This document shows positions 1-12,212 of a stretch of 64,000 bases of DNA, one piece after another. Origin of the DNA: Octopus sinensis (lineage: Eukaryota). The DNA is taken from positions 47,740,001 through 47,804,000 of the forward strand of contig NC_043010.1 of NCBI RefSeq assembly GCF_006345805.1, written 5' to 3'. The stretch's first letter is position 1, and each line of letters opens with the position of its first letter. A program made the position numbers and the translations under genes. A model generated the notes under the pieces. That model was not told where the DNA came from, did no database searches, and saw only the letters and a list, made by a program, of their open reading frames with translations.

Positions 1-253
1 GTGTGGGGTGTGGTTGAGAAACACACTAATTTCTCTGCCTGCAACACCAATGCCAAGGTCATGGCTAAGATTAAGGAGGTCTTTGAAAATCTTCCCAGGG
101 ACACAGTGAGGAGTGCGTACTTTGAGTAAACTGTTAACTTCCAGCTGTAATCTACTTGATATTTTTTTTTTTCTGAAAATACTTTTGTTTTTGGATGAAA
201 TATTGTGTTTTTTTCCTTTATTGCATACAGTCAAATTCAGCCCACACACCCTG
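1..253 (+). mobile_element. 3' end of a maT/mariner-family DNA transposon
   Basis: VWGVVEKHTNFSACNT...LPRDTVRSAYFE* transposase C-terminus. Ends CACACCCTG followed by TA. Confidence 0.75.
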
Positions 254-275
254 TATGTGTGTGTATGTATATGTA

Positions 276-311
<36 letters not shown>

Positions 312-691
312 TGTGTATTATTGTCTCCTTGCCTTGGTAGTTGTAAACAAGCATCACTGTCATATAAGCAGTGTCCTTCATTTCCAATCTTCCATGAAAA
401 CATGTCTGGTCATGGAGAAGAAACAGTTGAGGGTTGGTGATGGGAAGAGCATCCAATTAGAGAAAATCTGCTTTTGTAAATTCTGTTTGTCCCATGCAAG
501 CATGGAGACATTGAAATGCGGCTGCCGACACCACTGATAACAATGACGCCACTGCTGACGATGGTGGCACCACTGATGATGATCTCACCGCTAATGATGA
601 CGCCACTGCCACCAACATACAAAATGTCCCAACCTGGGGCTATATATGAACAAGGAAATAATACAAGAGAAGAAAACTAGAAAAAGCTCAC

Positions 692-795
692 CTACAAAGC
701 CATATATTTTATAACGGGTCTTAATACCAGCATCAAGGATGAAGATAATCTTATTGTCACAGAGAACAAACAGGTACTGAGCCTGCTGGTCATAG
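692..795 (-). CDS. CFAP43: CFAP43 exon 12 (YDQQAQYLFVLCDNKIIFILDAGIKTRYKIYGFV); gene continues beyond the window start
   Basis: catccag acceptor, GTGAGC donor, 104 nt. Resembles human YDQQGIFLLV...FQIIGF. Confidence 0.9.
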
Positions 796-1125
796 CTGGA
801 TGAAGAAAAACGTGACGAAATGAAATTAAGCTAATATTGTGAAGATGATGAAATAACAGTAGAGCATATGTTAAATACAGACATCGACAACTGGAATGAG
901 CATTAAATAGTGACGAGTATCAACTAATATCAACAACAAGAGGTGAATGAGAGTGTTAAATATTAAATAAGGGCATGGCTGTGTGCTAAGAAGTTTGCTT
1001 CCCAACCACATGGTTTCAGGTTCAGTCCTATTGCGTGGTACCTTGAGCAAGTGACTTCTACTATAGTCTCGGGTCGACCAAAGTCTTGTGAATGGATTTA
1101 GTAGACAGAAACTGAAAGAAGCCTG

Positions 1126-1177
<52 letters not shown>

Positions 1178-1940
1178 GTATGTGTGTGTGTGTGTTTCCC
1201 CCCCACACCACCACCACCACTTGATGTGTTTACATCCTCATAACTTAGTGGTTCGGCAAAAGAGACAAATAAAATAAGTACCAAGCTTAAATAAGTACTA
1301 GGGCCGATCCATTTGACTAAAATTTAAAGGCCGTGTCCCTGCACGGTGACAGACTAATGACTGAGATAAAAGACAGAAGAATCAAAAAATACATATCAAC
1401 AACAATGGTGATTATCAAATAGAAACATCTTTATCTTTTATCCCTTACTTGTTCTAGCCATTGGACAGTGGTCATGCTGGGGCACCACCTTGAAGGGTTT
1501 AATCCAACAAATCAAACTTACTATTTATTTTTAAGCCTGGCATTTATCATATTGGTCTCATTTGCTGAATTGCTAAATTAGATGGATGTAAACAAAGCAA
1601 CACTGTAGTAAAGATCGTTTGCCAACATAACATGGCAGTCCTAGTTTAGGACTAATGTTGCTGTAATTTAGCCCCAGGAGACATCATCTCCAGCTGGCTA
1701 TACGACACGATCTGGGTCCTTACATTTTTGAACAAGGGAATCTAGCACCCCAACTCAGCTCAAAACAATTACAGCAACATTAGTCCTAAACCAGGACTGT
1801 CATGTTATGTTGGCAAACAATCTTTACTACAAAGTACTGTTGCTGAATATCTCATGTTGTGAGATTTAAAAATAGCTGTGAAGTAGTTGTGGGCGGCAAA
1901 CACAAGCACAAAGACACACTCACACGTTGCTCCATCCTCT

Positions 1941-1982
<42 letters not shown>

Positions 1983-2262
1983 CACATGTGTGTGTGTGTA
2001 TTCAAAACTGGCTTCTTTCAATTTCCATCAACCAAATCCACTCACAAGGCTTTGGTCAACCCAGGGCTGTAATAGAAGACACTTGCCCAAAGTGCCACGA
2101 AGAGGGACTTAACCCAGAACCATGTGATTAAGAAACAGTCTTCTTACCATGCAGCCATGCCTGTGCTTACAATTAGAACTAATTATGCTACATGTTAACA
2201 TTTGAAATTAACATGTACATGTGAACGTGTATGGTTACAGGTAAGTGTGTGTGTGTGTGTGT

Positions 2263-4395
2263 GAGTGTGCCCTCAACTGTCACAGACCATGTTTCACTGC
2301 CATGTAGCATAGCTTTTCACACACAGGCATCATACAATCTGTTTTTCACTCTGAGAGAGAGGCCCTTTGTTTCCAGCAGGGGTAGGAGCTCTCTGAACCT
2401 TGCCCAGCCTAATCTTATTCTCACAGCTACACTCTCAGAGCATCCACCTCTACTTCTAACTTGGTTACCTAGATAATGGAAGCTATCTACTATCTCTAGC
2501 TTACCTCAATGGCAGTTGATGGAGTCTATTTTCTTTACATTTTTGGTGTTTATTGTACCTGTACATCTTCCACACAGCAAAGGTATGTCCCGTTAACCTA
2601 CCTCTGATATTGCTGCACCTCTTATATGTCCAAAGCTTACACTGGGTGCATCTTATGGAATTTTTACCTATGCCTTTTCTATAGATCAAGGAGGGCCATC
2701 TACCTGAAGGGATTTGTGATTTGTCTGCTTTCCTACTTACTAAGATTTAGTTTTTGCTTGGTTAAGTCTGAGGCCCTTTAATTATAGATATTGCTTCCAT
2801 ACCTGGAACTTCTTCAGTAGTTCTGGTAGTGATTCAGCTATAAGAACAAGGTCATCAGCATAGAGGAGCTCCCAGGGGCAGCCTGTCTTGAATTCCTCTG
2901 TTATTGCCAGGGGGACTACGATGAACAAGAGGTGGGTGAGGAGCTTGCACAGCTCTCACTAACCACTTGTCTATCCCTAGTTTCTGCATTGACCACCAGA
3001 TAAGGGATCAAGGGAACCTGTCAAAGGCTTTCTCTAAGTCATCAAAAGCCAAGTACAGAGGTTTATCTTTAGCTATGTATTTCTCCTGCAGCTGCCTTAC
3101 CAGAAATATAGCATCAGTGGTGCTTCTCCCTGGCACAAACCAAACTGCTTCTCATCTAAACTAACTCCCTCCCTAATTAGTTAGGCTATGACTCTCTCCG
3201 TAACTTGTATCACCTGATCCAACAATTTGATACGACTGCAATTATTTCTAAGGCATTATTTTTACCTTTGTAGCAGTTGACTATGGTGCTGCTACACCAG
3301 TCATTGGGTATGACTCCTTCATGAACCACCTGATTTACAACACAGGTAACTAGACCATAAACCACACCACCAGATATTTTAAGCAACTCAGTGGTGATTC
3401 CTGATGGGCCAGGCGCTTCCCCTGTCTTCATATCCTTAATTGCTTTATCTACCAAAGTATTGTCAATTTGGATCAACATTTCGAAAACTCTCCTCCTACC
3501 ATTCATTCTCCATGGTCAACAGTTTTTCATAATGGCATTCCCAAACCCCTGTCTTTGCAGAATCATTAAAAGCAAGTGCACCATCATCTATGCGGACACA
3601 TTTCTCTCCTATGACATCACAGTTTTCTCTCACATATTGTCTTGCAATCTGAAGCACTTTAATTCTCACATCACTGAACATAGGCAAACTTCTTTTCTGC
3701 TTCTCCCTTGGCTAGATATACCTGTCTCCTAGCTTCTCTTCTGACTATCTGATACAAGTCCCTGCTATCCCCACTCTTCCAGGCCTGTTTCTTTGCTCTA
3801 ACGGTCCTGTCTAGATCATTGTTCCATCACCACATCACCCTAGGTCTGAATGGTCTGTGGTACTTAGTAAGCTGTCCTGCAGGAATTCCCAGTTGCCTTC
3901 TATGTCACAAGTTTGTAGCTCCTCCTCCCTCTCATCAAATTTCTGAATTAGGATGTCCCTAAATCTCTGACCATATGAAGGGTCCTTAAGTTTCCAAATC
4001 TTTCTTTTCCAGATTGGTCTGCTTCTTGGCATCCTTCTGACCTGGAGTCTAATGTCACTAATGACTAGTCTATGCTGCGGGGTATATTCTTCATCAGGGA
4101 AGATCTTTGTACTTAAGAACAACCATGCATCCCACTGTCTGGTGAAAATGTAATTGATCTAATTATCACAGTCACCTGATTAGTAGGTTATCAGGTTGCT
4201 GGTTGGCTTCCTGAAGTTGGTGCTGCATCACAGAACTCCAATAGCCTTGTTCCTTCATTTTAGGAACCAATTCCATGGCCCCCATGTATACCATGGAAGA
4301 TGCAGGGTTGCTGTCTGACATTCCTCAGCCACAATAATCTGCAGAAAAATATCATAAAAGTGGTCCTTCTGTTCATTTGGTAGGCCCACTTGTGG
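2263..4395 (-). mobile_element. Decayed RTE-clade LINE (APE C-terminus, RT, Cys-motif insert)
   Basis: PQHRLVISD, KAIKDMKTGEAPGPSG...IPNDWCSSTIVNCYKGK, CTQCKLWTYKRC, ARFRELLPLL...MLHGSETW. Many frameshifts. Confidence 0.9.
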
Positions 4396-5074
4396 GGCAT
4401 AGGCAGAGATAATTGTTGCTATACTAATCTGCAAGACTAGCCTATATATGTACATACATACATTCAAATATATATACGTACATATATATATAGATATATA
4501 TATTCATATATACATACACCTATGCATTCGTGTATATACATATATATTGTAAATGCAATGAGCAATAAAAGAAAAGAGAAAGACAATACAGCAGAGTCAA
4601 TGTTTGACAAATACTGTATTCGCTTGAAGGAAAAGAGTCTCAACATTTCAGACAGTAGTCCTTCATCAGAAGAAAAAGAAAAGCATAAGTGAATGAGATA
4701 AAAACACAAGCAAGGGAATTAGAGCCAGGTGTGAATGCTGTTTCATATCTATTTATATATATATATTAATCAAAGCATACAGTAATATAGATCCATTTCA
4801 TTCAATCTTACCAATTGGTTTCACACTGGATATTAGATAACAGGCTATTAGGTAAAAGTGTGGTTAACTAACACCATGAGCTCTTCAGAGATGACAGGCA
4901 TGGAAAAAATATGTACTATATATAATTCAATGACTAAGAGTTTTATGTAAATGACATGTTAAAATATTATTTGTTAATTTCAGAAAAGCAACTGAATTTC
5001 CTTTCAATAAAATTTAAAGTAATAATCAGAATATTTAAATTCTAAACACAGATTGTGCTTCAGCTGATACTTAC

Positions 5075-5223
5075 TGTAAACAAGTAAGTGAATATGAACA
5101 AAGTGCTTTAGTATAAATTAGACGGGGTGCTGCCGTTTCAGTGACATCTAGCACACAAAGTCTACCAGTACGGAGTCCTACAATGACAACATTACAGCTA
5201 GGGTGACTGTTCATGGAGGATAC
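5075..5223 (-). CDS. CFAP43: CFAP43 exon 11 (VSSMNSHPSCNVVIVGLRTGRLCVLDVTETAAPRLIYTKALCSYSLTCL)
   Basis: tttttctag acceptor, GTAAGT donor, 149 nt. Resembles human [23 protein letters not shown]...SPQVVHKAFL. Confidence 0.88.
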
Positions 5224-5299
5224 CTAGAAAAAGAAATACAAATGAACCCATTAGCATTCAGATTATTTTGTCAAATATAATGCTTATTCATTCACATTC

Positions 5300-5700
5300 A
5301 TCATCATCATCATCATCATCATCGTTTAGTGTCCGTTTTCTGTGCTAGCATGGGTTGGACGGTTTGACCGGGGTCTGGGAAGCCAGGAGGCTGCACCAGG
5401 CTCCAGTCTGATCTGGCAGTGTTTCTACAGCTGGATGCCCTTCCTAACGCCAACCACTCCGTGAGTGTAGTGGGTGCTTTTTACATGCCAGGGGATGCTG
5501 GCAGCGGCCACGATCAGTTGGTGCTTTTTATATGCCACCGGCACAGAAGCCAGTCAAGGCGGCACTGGCATTGGCCACGTTTGGATGGTGCTTTTTACGT
5601 GCCACCGGCACAAGGATCACAACTACAATTTCCATTTGACATTTATTTTGATGTTGATATACTTGACTCAATAGGTCTCCTCAAGCACAGCAGGTCCTTA
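5300..5700 (-). mobile_element. RTE-tail SINE or LINE 3' ends; other copies about 6230-6400, 15510-15720, 21700-22030, 27330-27540, 45000-45370, 45895-46130, 51170-51360, 52105-52320
   Basis: Shared GAGTGGTTGGCGTTAGGAAGGGCATCCAGC...CCCATGCTAGCATGGAAAGCGGACGTTAAA(GAT)n, the same as the RTE 3' ends in this window. Confidence 0.85.
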
Positions 5701-6504
5701 TTCACATTGTTTTGAATTAATTATGCATTAGCTCATACCTTTGAGATTTAAATGATGGATTGCTTATTTCTAGAATAACATAGTAGGATAGGTGTGAGAG
5801 GCCAGATCTGGCCAGTTTGAACATGAAACAGGTAGAATATTTTGGCTGGAGATGGCCTGGTTCAAATGCTAAAGAGTTAAACATGTTCCTAAACAGTTCT
5901 GTGCTGAGGCTTTCTTGCTAAGTCAATTCTTAAACAAAAGTCAACTACATTACAACCCATAATATATTTTTTGGCTTTTAATTTACTTTCTTTACCCTCA
6001 TATGATGGAAATACAAATTCAGTCTTGGCAGGATATGAACTCAGAACCTAGAGTGATAAAACTAAATAACTCAACTTACATTATTTTGAGTCACCACTTT
6101 TTTGACTTTATGTGCCAGGCATGGCTCGAGAAGAAACAAACAAAAAATAAGAAAACATGTGATGTTAAGACAGATACATGCACACGCATTACAGACACAC
6201 ACACACACACACACACGCATGCACATGCAACGTAAAAAGCACCCAGCACACTTTGTAGAGTGTTTAGCATTAGGAAGGGCATCCAGTCATAGAAACTAAG
6301 TCAAATCAGCTCTCTGGTTTCCCAGTTCTAGTCAAGCCACCCAACTCATGCCAATATGGAAAACAGACATTAAACAACAATGATGATGATATACATAAAC
6401 ATTGAGCTTCTTTCAGTTGACATCTACCAAATCCACTAGGAAGTTTTTGCTCAGCTGAGGAGTATAGCAGAAGACATTTGCACAAGGTGCTGTGCATTGA
6501 AACT

Positions 6505-7295
6505 GAACAAGAAAGGCAGCGAGCTGGCAGAAATGTTAGCATGCCAGGCGAAATGCTTAGCAGTATTTCGTCTGTCCTTACATTCTGAGTTCAAATTCTG
6601 CCGAGGTCAACTTTGCCTTTCATTCTTTTGGGGTCGATTGAATAAGTACCAGTTACACACTAGGGTTGATATAATCGACTTAATCTGTTTGCCTGTCCTT
6701 GTTTGTCCTCTCTGTGTTTAGCCCCTTGTGTGTAGTAAAGAAATAGGTATTTCGTCTGTCTTTATGTTCTGAGTTCAAATTCTGCCGCAGTCAACTTTGC
6801 CTTTCATCCTTTCAGGGAAGATTAAATAAGTACCAGTTACGCACTAGGGTCGATATAATCGACTTAATCTGTTTGCCTGTCCTTGTTTGTCCTCTCTGTG
6901 TTTAGCCCCTTGTGTGTAGTAAAGAAATAGGTATTTCGTCTGTCTTTACGTTTTGAGTTCAAATTCTGCCGCGGTCAACTTTGCCTTTCATCCTTTCAGG
7001 GAAGATTAAATAAGTACCAGTTACGCACTAGGGTCGATATAATCGACTTAATCTGTTTGCCTGTCCTTGTTTGTCCTCTCTGTGTTTAGCCCCTTGTGTG
7101 TAGTAAAGAAATAGGTATTTCGTCTGTCTTTACGTTTTGAGTTCAAATTCTGCCGCGGTCAACTTTGCCTTTCATCCTTTCGGGGTTGATTAAATAAGTA
7201 CCAGTTACACACTGGGTCAATATAATCGACTTAATCTGTTTGTCTGTCCTTGTTTGTCCCCTCTGTGTAGCCCCTTGTGGGCGATAAAGAAATAA
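6505..7295 (+). repeat. Meta-SINE head followed by about 4 tandem 184-bp units
   Basis: AAATAGGTATTTCGTC recurs at 6741, 6925 and 7109 (period 184). Confidence 0.9.
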
Positions 7296-7418
7296 GAAAT
7301 TGAACAGGAATCAAGTGGTTGGGGAGTATGGTACTTGCCCATACTTCATATCATAAAACAGAGTTTAAAAGAGACTTACAGCAACACAAAAAAAAATGTT
7401 AAATTTCTTTGTGATTAC

Positions 7419-7499
7419 CTCATTTTCTAAATCAATAGTAGAAAGTTTTTTCCCAGTTTTCATCTCCCAAAATTCAATCAAACCATTTTGTCGAGCAGA
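7419..7499 (-). CDS. CFAP43: CFAP43 exon 10 (SARQNGLIEFWEMKTGKKLSTIDLENE)
   Basis: attttcag acceptor, GTAATC donor, 81 nt. WD-repeat signature (G-I--W). Confidence 0.88.
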
Positions 7500-7617
7500 C
7501 TGAAAATATAAGGAAACAAAATTGATATTTATTTGATTGACAATTCAATTTCAAAGCAATTTTAATTTTTAAAAAATACACCAATTTTTTTTTTTTTTTT
7601 GGTGAGTTTTTACTTAC

Positions 7618-7734
7618 AACTGCAACTGTTGTTCCAGGATAGACAGGTCTCATATCCACAAATTCTGAACTTGATTCATCCTCCAGTTTTTCAATATTGT
7701 CTATTTTGTCAATATCATGTGTCTGAATGTCACC
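7618..7734 (-). CDS. CFAP43: CFAP43 exon 9 (GDIQTHDIDKIDNIEKLEDESSSEFVDMRPVYPGTTVAV)
   Basis: tttgacag acceptor, GTAAGT donor, 117 nt = 39 codons, the same length as the corresponding human segment as recalled (GSVYIY...ITPGTQYFM). Confidence 0.85.
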
Positions 7735-7764
7735 CTGTCAAACACAGAGAAGATATGTTCAGAC

Positions 7765-8180
7765 ATGATGGTGGGGGGTGGAGGTGGAGGTAGAGGAGGG
7801 CGATTTTGTTGTTGTTGTTGGTTTTGTGGTGGTGGTGGTGGTGGTGATGGTGGTGGTGGTGGTGGTGATGGTGGTGGTGGTGGCGGCAGTGGCAGCAGCT
7901 GATTAAGGAGACTGCAGAGGAAGGCCAGAATCAGAAGAGAAAATAGAAAAATCCAGGAAGATGGGGGTAAAAGAGAGGGGAAGGAAGAAGAGGAGAGGAG
8001 GGGAAGCAGGAGAGGAGGAAGAGGAGGAGGAGGAGGAGGAAGAAGAAGAAGAAGAAGAAGAAGAGCAACAACAATTGCAACAGCAGCAATAACAGCAGCA
8101 GCAGCAGCAGCGACAGCAGCAGCAGCAGCAGCAGCGACAGCAGCAGCAGCAGCAGCGACAAAATAAGGAGGAGGGGAAGA
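7765..8180. repeat. Compound trinucleotide tract (GGT, GAG, GAA, CAG)
   Basis: Directly visible; intronic. Confidence 0.9.
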
Positions 8181-8324
8181 GTGGGGGGAGGATCAAGAGC
8201 TTTTAATATCAAAATCAATTTGGCAAGTGACGACCGCTTTGTGATAGTAATTTCAGTTACTATTCACAAAGCCATTTAACTAATTGAGCAACAACTGACT
8301 ACAAAACTTGATGTGTGTGCTGTA

Positions 8325-8394
8325 TCCTCTCTCTCTCTCTCTTTCTTTCTCTCTCTTTCTTTCTCTCTCTTTCTTTCTCTCTCTCTCTCTTCTT

Positions 8395-8425
<31 letters not shown>

Positions 8426-8465
8426 TTCTCTCTCTTTTTCTCTTTCTCTTGCCCCCCCTCTCTCT
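8325..8465. repeat. (CT)n/(CTTT)n microsatellite
   Basis: Directly visible. Confidence 0.95.
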
Positions 8466-8780
8466 TCAACTTTTACAACTACTGCAACTGCCTTTGCCTT
8501 GCTCTTTTGAAGTAGTTATCTTTACAGTATATACATCCTCCTGTTTTTGCCTCTCATCACTCCAGTCATTTCCTCACTCCCATGACTCTCCATTCTAAAA
8601 TTGCATCCTTCTGGTAACCTGCAAAGTGCGTTACCCTCACTTACAACATATGTCCAAATGTCACTCTTACTTGCTCTGAGGAAACCTTTAGAGATTAAGG
8701 GCACTGTCCTCCCTCCTCTCCCTAACTAATACAGCAGTGAAATATATAAATGGAAAGTGTATTGACAGTTGCTTTTGACA

Positions 8781-8939
8781 GGACTCTATGCTTGAGGACT
8801 CTGAGCTTGAGGGCTCTGTGCTTGAGGGCTCTATGCTTGAGGACTCTGTGCTTGAGGACTCTGTGCTTGAGGACTCTGTGCTTGAGGACTCTGTGCTTGA
8901 GGACCCTGTGCTTGAGGACTCTGTGCTTGAGGACTCTGT
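8781..8939. repeat. 15-bp minisatellite (CTTGAGGACTCTGTG) x about 10.5
   Basis: Directly visible. Confidence 0.95.
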
Positions 8940-9666
8940 AACCACAACTACTCTCACAGGAATAGCAAGCAGGGACAATGAAAGGATGGAAATACATAAA
9001 CTATTTTATAACCAATATACTTTTTGTCCTTCCCAAAATCTGAGGTTGTTACTATGTCTTTTTATTTCCTATTTTCTTCATTTTGTCTTTTATCTTTTAT
9101 TTGTTTCAGTCATTACACTGTGGCCATGCTGGGGCACCACCTTGAAGACTTTTTTTTTCGTTGAATGAATTGACCCCAGTACTTATTTTTTGTTAAACCT
9201 GATACTTATTCTATTAGCCTCTTTTGGTGAATCATTAAGTTACAGGGAAGTAAACAAACCAATACTGGTTGTCAAGTAGAAGTGGGGGGGGTCAAATACA
9301 CAAACACACACACATGTTCATGTGTCACTAAGCATGTTCAGTCAACCGTGTCAGCCTTAACTTACAATGCCAAACACTGTCACTTGATATTAGCATACAG
9401 ACAGACATGGGCAATCTATAAAAAATTTCTAAGACCAGACATGTAACTATCTTCTACAAATCAAGTACTATTCAAAATATATACTATAAAAATAGGGCAA
9501 GCCTCAAACACTAGTCAGAAGCAAGACAGCTGTGATATAAGCCACGTCTTTCTATTTCAACTTTTTAAAATCAGTATAGACTGTGAAACTGGTTAAATCT
9601 TTAAGTATAATAATAAGAAATATTTTAACTATTCTCAGTGCATTTTCAACTTCTATTTTACCTATA

Positions 9667-10061
9667 CTAGCAATATTGCCCGGCGTTGCTAGGGGTTTGT
9701 TTCAACCCTTTAAATTGGAATTTTTGAAAAGTAAAAATCTTGCATTATGTAGCTTGTTACTCTCTTTAAGTGAACATTTTTCTGGTTGAAATACACCAAA
9801 AAATGGTGACACAGCAGTCAAAAAATCGTAAAAAAATAGGGATTTTCATAGAAAAAATGCACCTTTTTGATGTAAATAATTTTTGGTGTTAACATGGTCC
9901 GATTTGAATTTTTTCTTCTACAGAAGGAAGAACAAGCCTTCTTCTATCATACTCTCAATTTTGATCAACTTGTGCCACAGGGTCTCTGAGGAGATAGTGT
10001 TAGTTGAAGGCTACCAAACCTACCATACACAAACAACTTCAGCTTTATATATAGAGAGAGA
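9667..10061 (-). mobile_element. Non-autonomous Helitron, about 395 bp
   Basis: Minus strand starts A|TC(TC)TATATATAAAG and ends CCCTAGCAACGCCGGG hairpin...GCTAG|T. Inserted in AT with no TSD. Confidence 0.8.
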
Positions 10062-10409
10062 TTTCTACCTTTGTGGAATAAAATAATTTTGTTTTATGTA
10101 TATATACATACACACACACATAATAGCTGATGTACCCAGTAATTCCCAGGAAAGTGGGGCTTATTCCTTGGTTCCGTTCTCATAATTGTTTTGCTAATCC
10201 AATAACAACAATACAAAGTATGTAGCCCTTAAAATGGTTTTTATGCATTTACAGAGAATACCAAGCTGTCTTAAACAGGGTCTTGTATACATACGTCAAC
10301 TGATTCAGATGACCTCAAACCACCAACACTTGTCTTAACTGAAACTAAAAAACCACTTGGTTAGTGGCCAATTGGAATTCTTTAAATGAAAAAGAAAAAA
10401 CTAAAATAA

Positions 10410-10790
10410 TTGTAGGCATGGCTGTGTGGTAAGAAGCTTACTTCTCAACCACATGGTTTCAGGTTCAATCCCACTGTGTGGCACCTTGGGCAAGTGTCTT
10501 CTATCATAGCGTCCAACCAACCAAAGCTTTGTGAATGGATTTGGTAAAAGGAAACTGAAAATGTGTATGTCTTTCTGTCTGTGTTTGTCCTCCCACCATC
10601 ACTTGACAACCGGTATTGGTGTGTTTACATCCCTGTAACTTAGCCATATGGCATACAAGACCAATAGAATAAATACTAGGCTTAAAAAATAAGTCCTGGG
10701 GTGGATGTATTTGACTAAAACCTTTCAAGGCAGTGCCCCAGGATGGTCACAATCAAATGACTGAAACAAGTAAAAGATAGAAGATAAAAG
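10410..10790 (+). mobile_element. tRNA-derived SINE family A; other copies about 970-1390, 1880-2170, 9090-9310, 10830-11245, 21310-21695, 24500-24960, 30870-31660, 33950-34310, 35390-35920, 60925-61160
   Basis: Head GGCATGGCTGTGTGGTAAGAAGCTT...GGTTCAATCCCACT (A/B boxes), CCTTGGGCAAGTG CORE-like segment, internal (TG)/(TA) microsatellite, shared tail. Confidence 0.85.
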
Positions 10791-11026
10791 GTAAATCTTG
10801 AAGAACAAACACATTGTAAAGAGTACTCTTTTACTTGTTTCAGTCATTTGACTGTGCCCATGCTGGAGCACTGCTTTTAGTCGAGCAAATCGACCCCAGG
10901 ACTTATTCTTTGTAAGCCTAGTACTTATTCTATCAGTCTCTTTTGCTGAACCACTAAGTTACGGTGACGTAAACACACCAGCATCGGTTGTCAAGCAACG
11001 TTGGGGGGACAAATACAGACACACAG

Positions 11027-11075
<49 letters not shown>

Positions 11076-11306
11076 CATATATACGACAGGCTTCTTTCAG
11101 TTTCTGTCTACTAAATCCATTCACAAGGCTTTGGTCGACCCGAGGCTATAGTAGAAGACACTTGCCCAAGGTGTCACGCAGTGGGACTGAACCCAGAACC
11201 ATGCGGTTGGTAAACAAGCTACTTACCACACAGCCACTCCTACACCTAGAAGAGAATATTGAAAAACAAAAGGAAAAAACAGATAAGTAAATAACATGTG
11301 ACTTAC

Positions 11307-11438
11307 TCCAGATGTTCCTAACAAAAGCTTATCTTGTGAATTATAAACCATTGATGTGACAGGCGATTCTATTTTGTAGAAAGTTACCAGCTTTATAGCA
11401 TCATTCTTGGAAACATCAAACATACAAAGATATCCATT
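11307..11438 (-). CDS. CFAP43: CFAP43 exon 8 (NGYLCMFDVSKNDAIKLVTFYKIESPVTSMVYNSQDKLLLGTSG)
   Basis: atttcag acceptor, GTAAGT donor, 132 nt. Resembles human DGFVYSF...IERPVEHMTFSP. Confidence 0.88.
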
Positions 11439-11488
11439 CTGAAATTTGAAGAGAAACTCAACAAGTTCAATAATGTTTAAAGGGTTAA

Positions 11489-11538
<50 letters not shown>

Positions 11539-11540
<2 letters not shown>

Positions 11541-11895
11541 CTTAATAATTAGGGTTCAGCAAAGATTTGCTTTACCACATACCTAAGTTTAGAAATAGCC
11601 GCCAAAACCTTAGCTATTTCTTCTACTTTAAAAAGGGACTCCCAGAGAAACCAAAATACTTGAAGACACCCCAAGTATTTTGGTTTCTCTGGGAGTCCCT
11701 TTTTAAAGTAGAAGAAATAGCTAAGGTTTTGGCTGCTATTTCTAAACTTCGGTATGTGGTAAAGCAAATCTTTGCTGAACCCTAATTATTAAGTATTACT
11801 TAAGTTTACCATGAAATGGTCCTTTTTTCATGCCGAATTCTACTCGGTAAAATTATTGATTACTTCTTAATTAATTAATTTTACCCTTTGTTATT
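11539..11895 (-). mobile_element. Fold-back element sharing the AAGGGTAAAATT terminus, flanked by (TA)n
   Basis: 124-bp arms (11539-11662 / 11672-11795), 9-nt spacer, about 2 mismatches. Terminus ttttaccctttgttatt resembles 19093-19110. Confidence 0.6.

Positions 11896-12212
<317 letters not shown>

Noticed and set aside
6505-6610. tRNA-like SINE heads as tRNA genes
   Set aside because: A/B boxes are present but there is no complete cloverleaf, and each continues into a SINE body.
7903-8218. Poly-C/S/L/Q ORFs in the trinucleotide tract
   Set aside because: Simple repeat with no flanking splice sites, and not needed for the CFAP43 frame.
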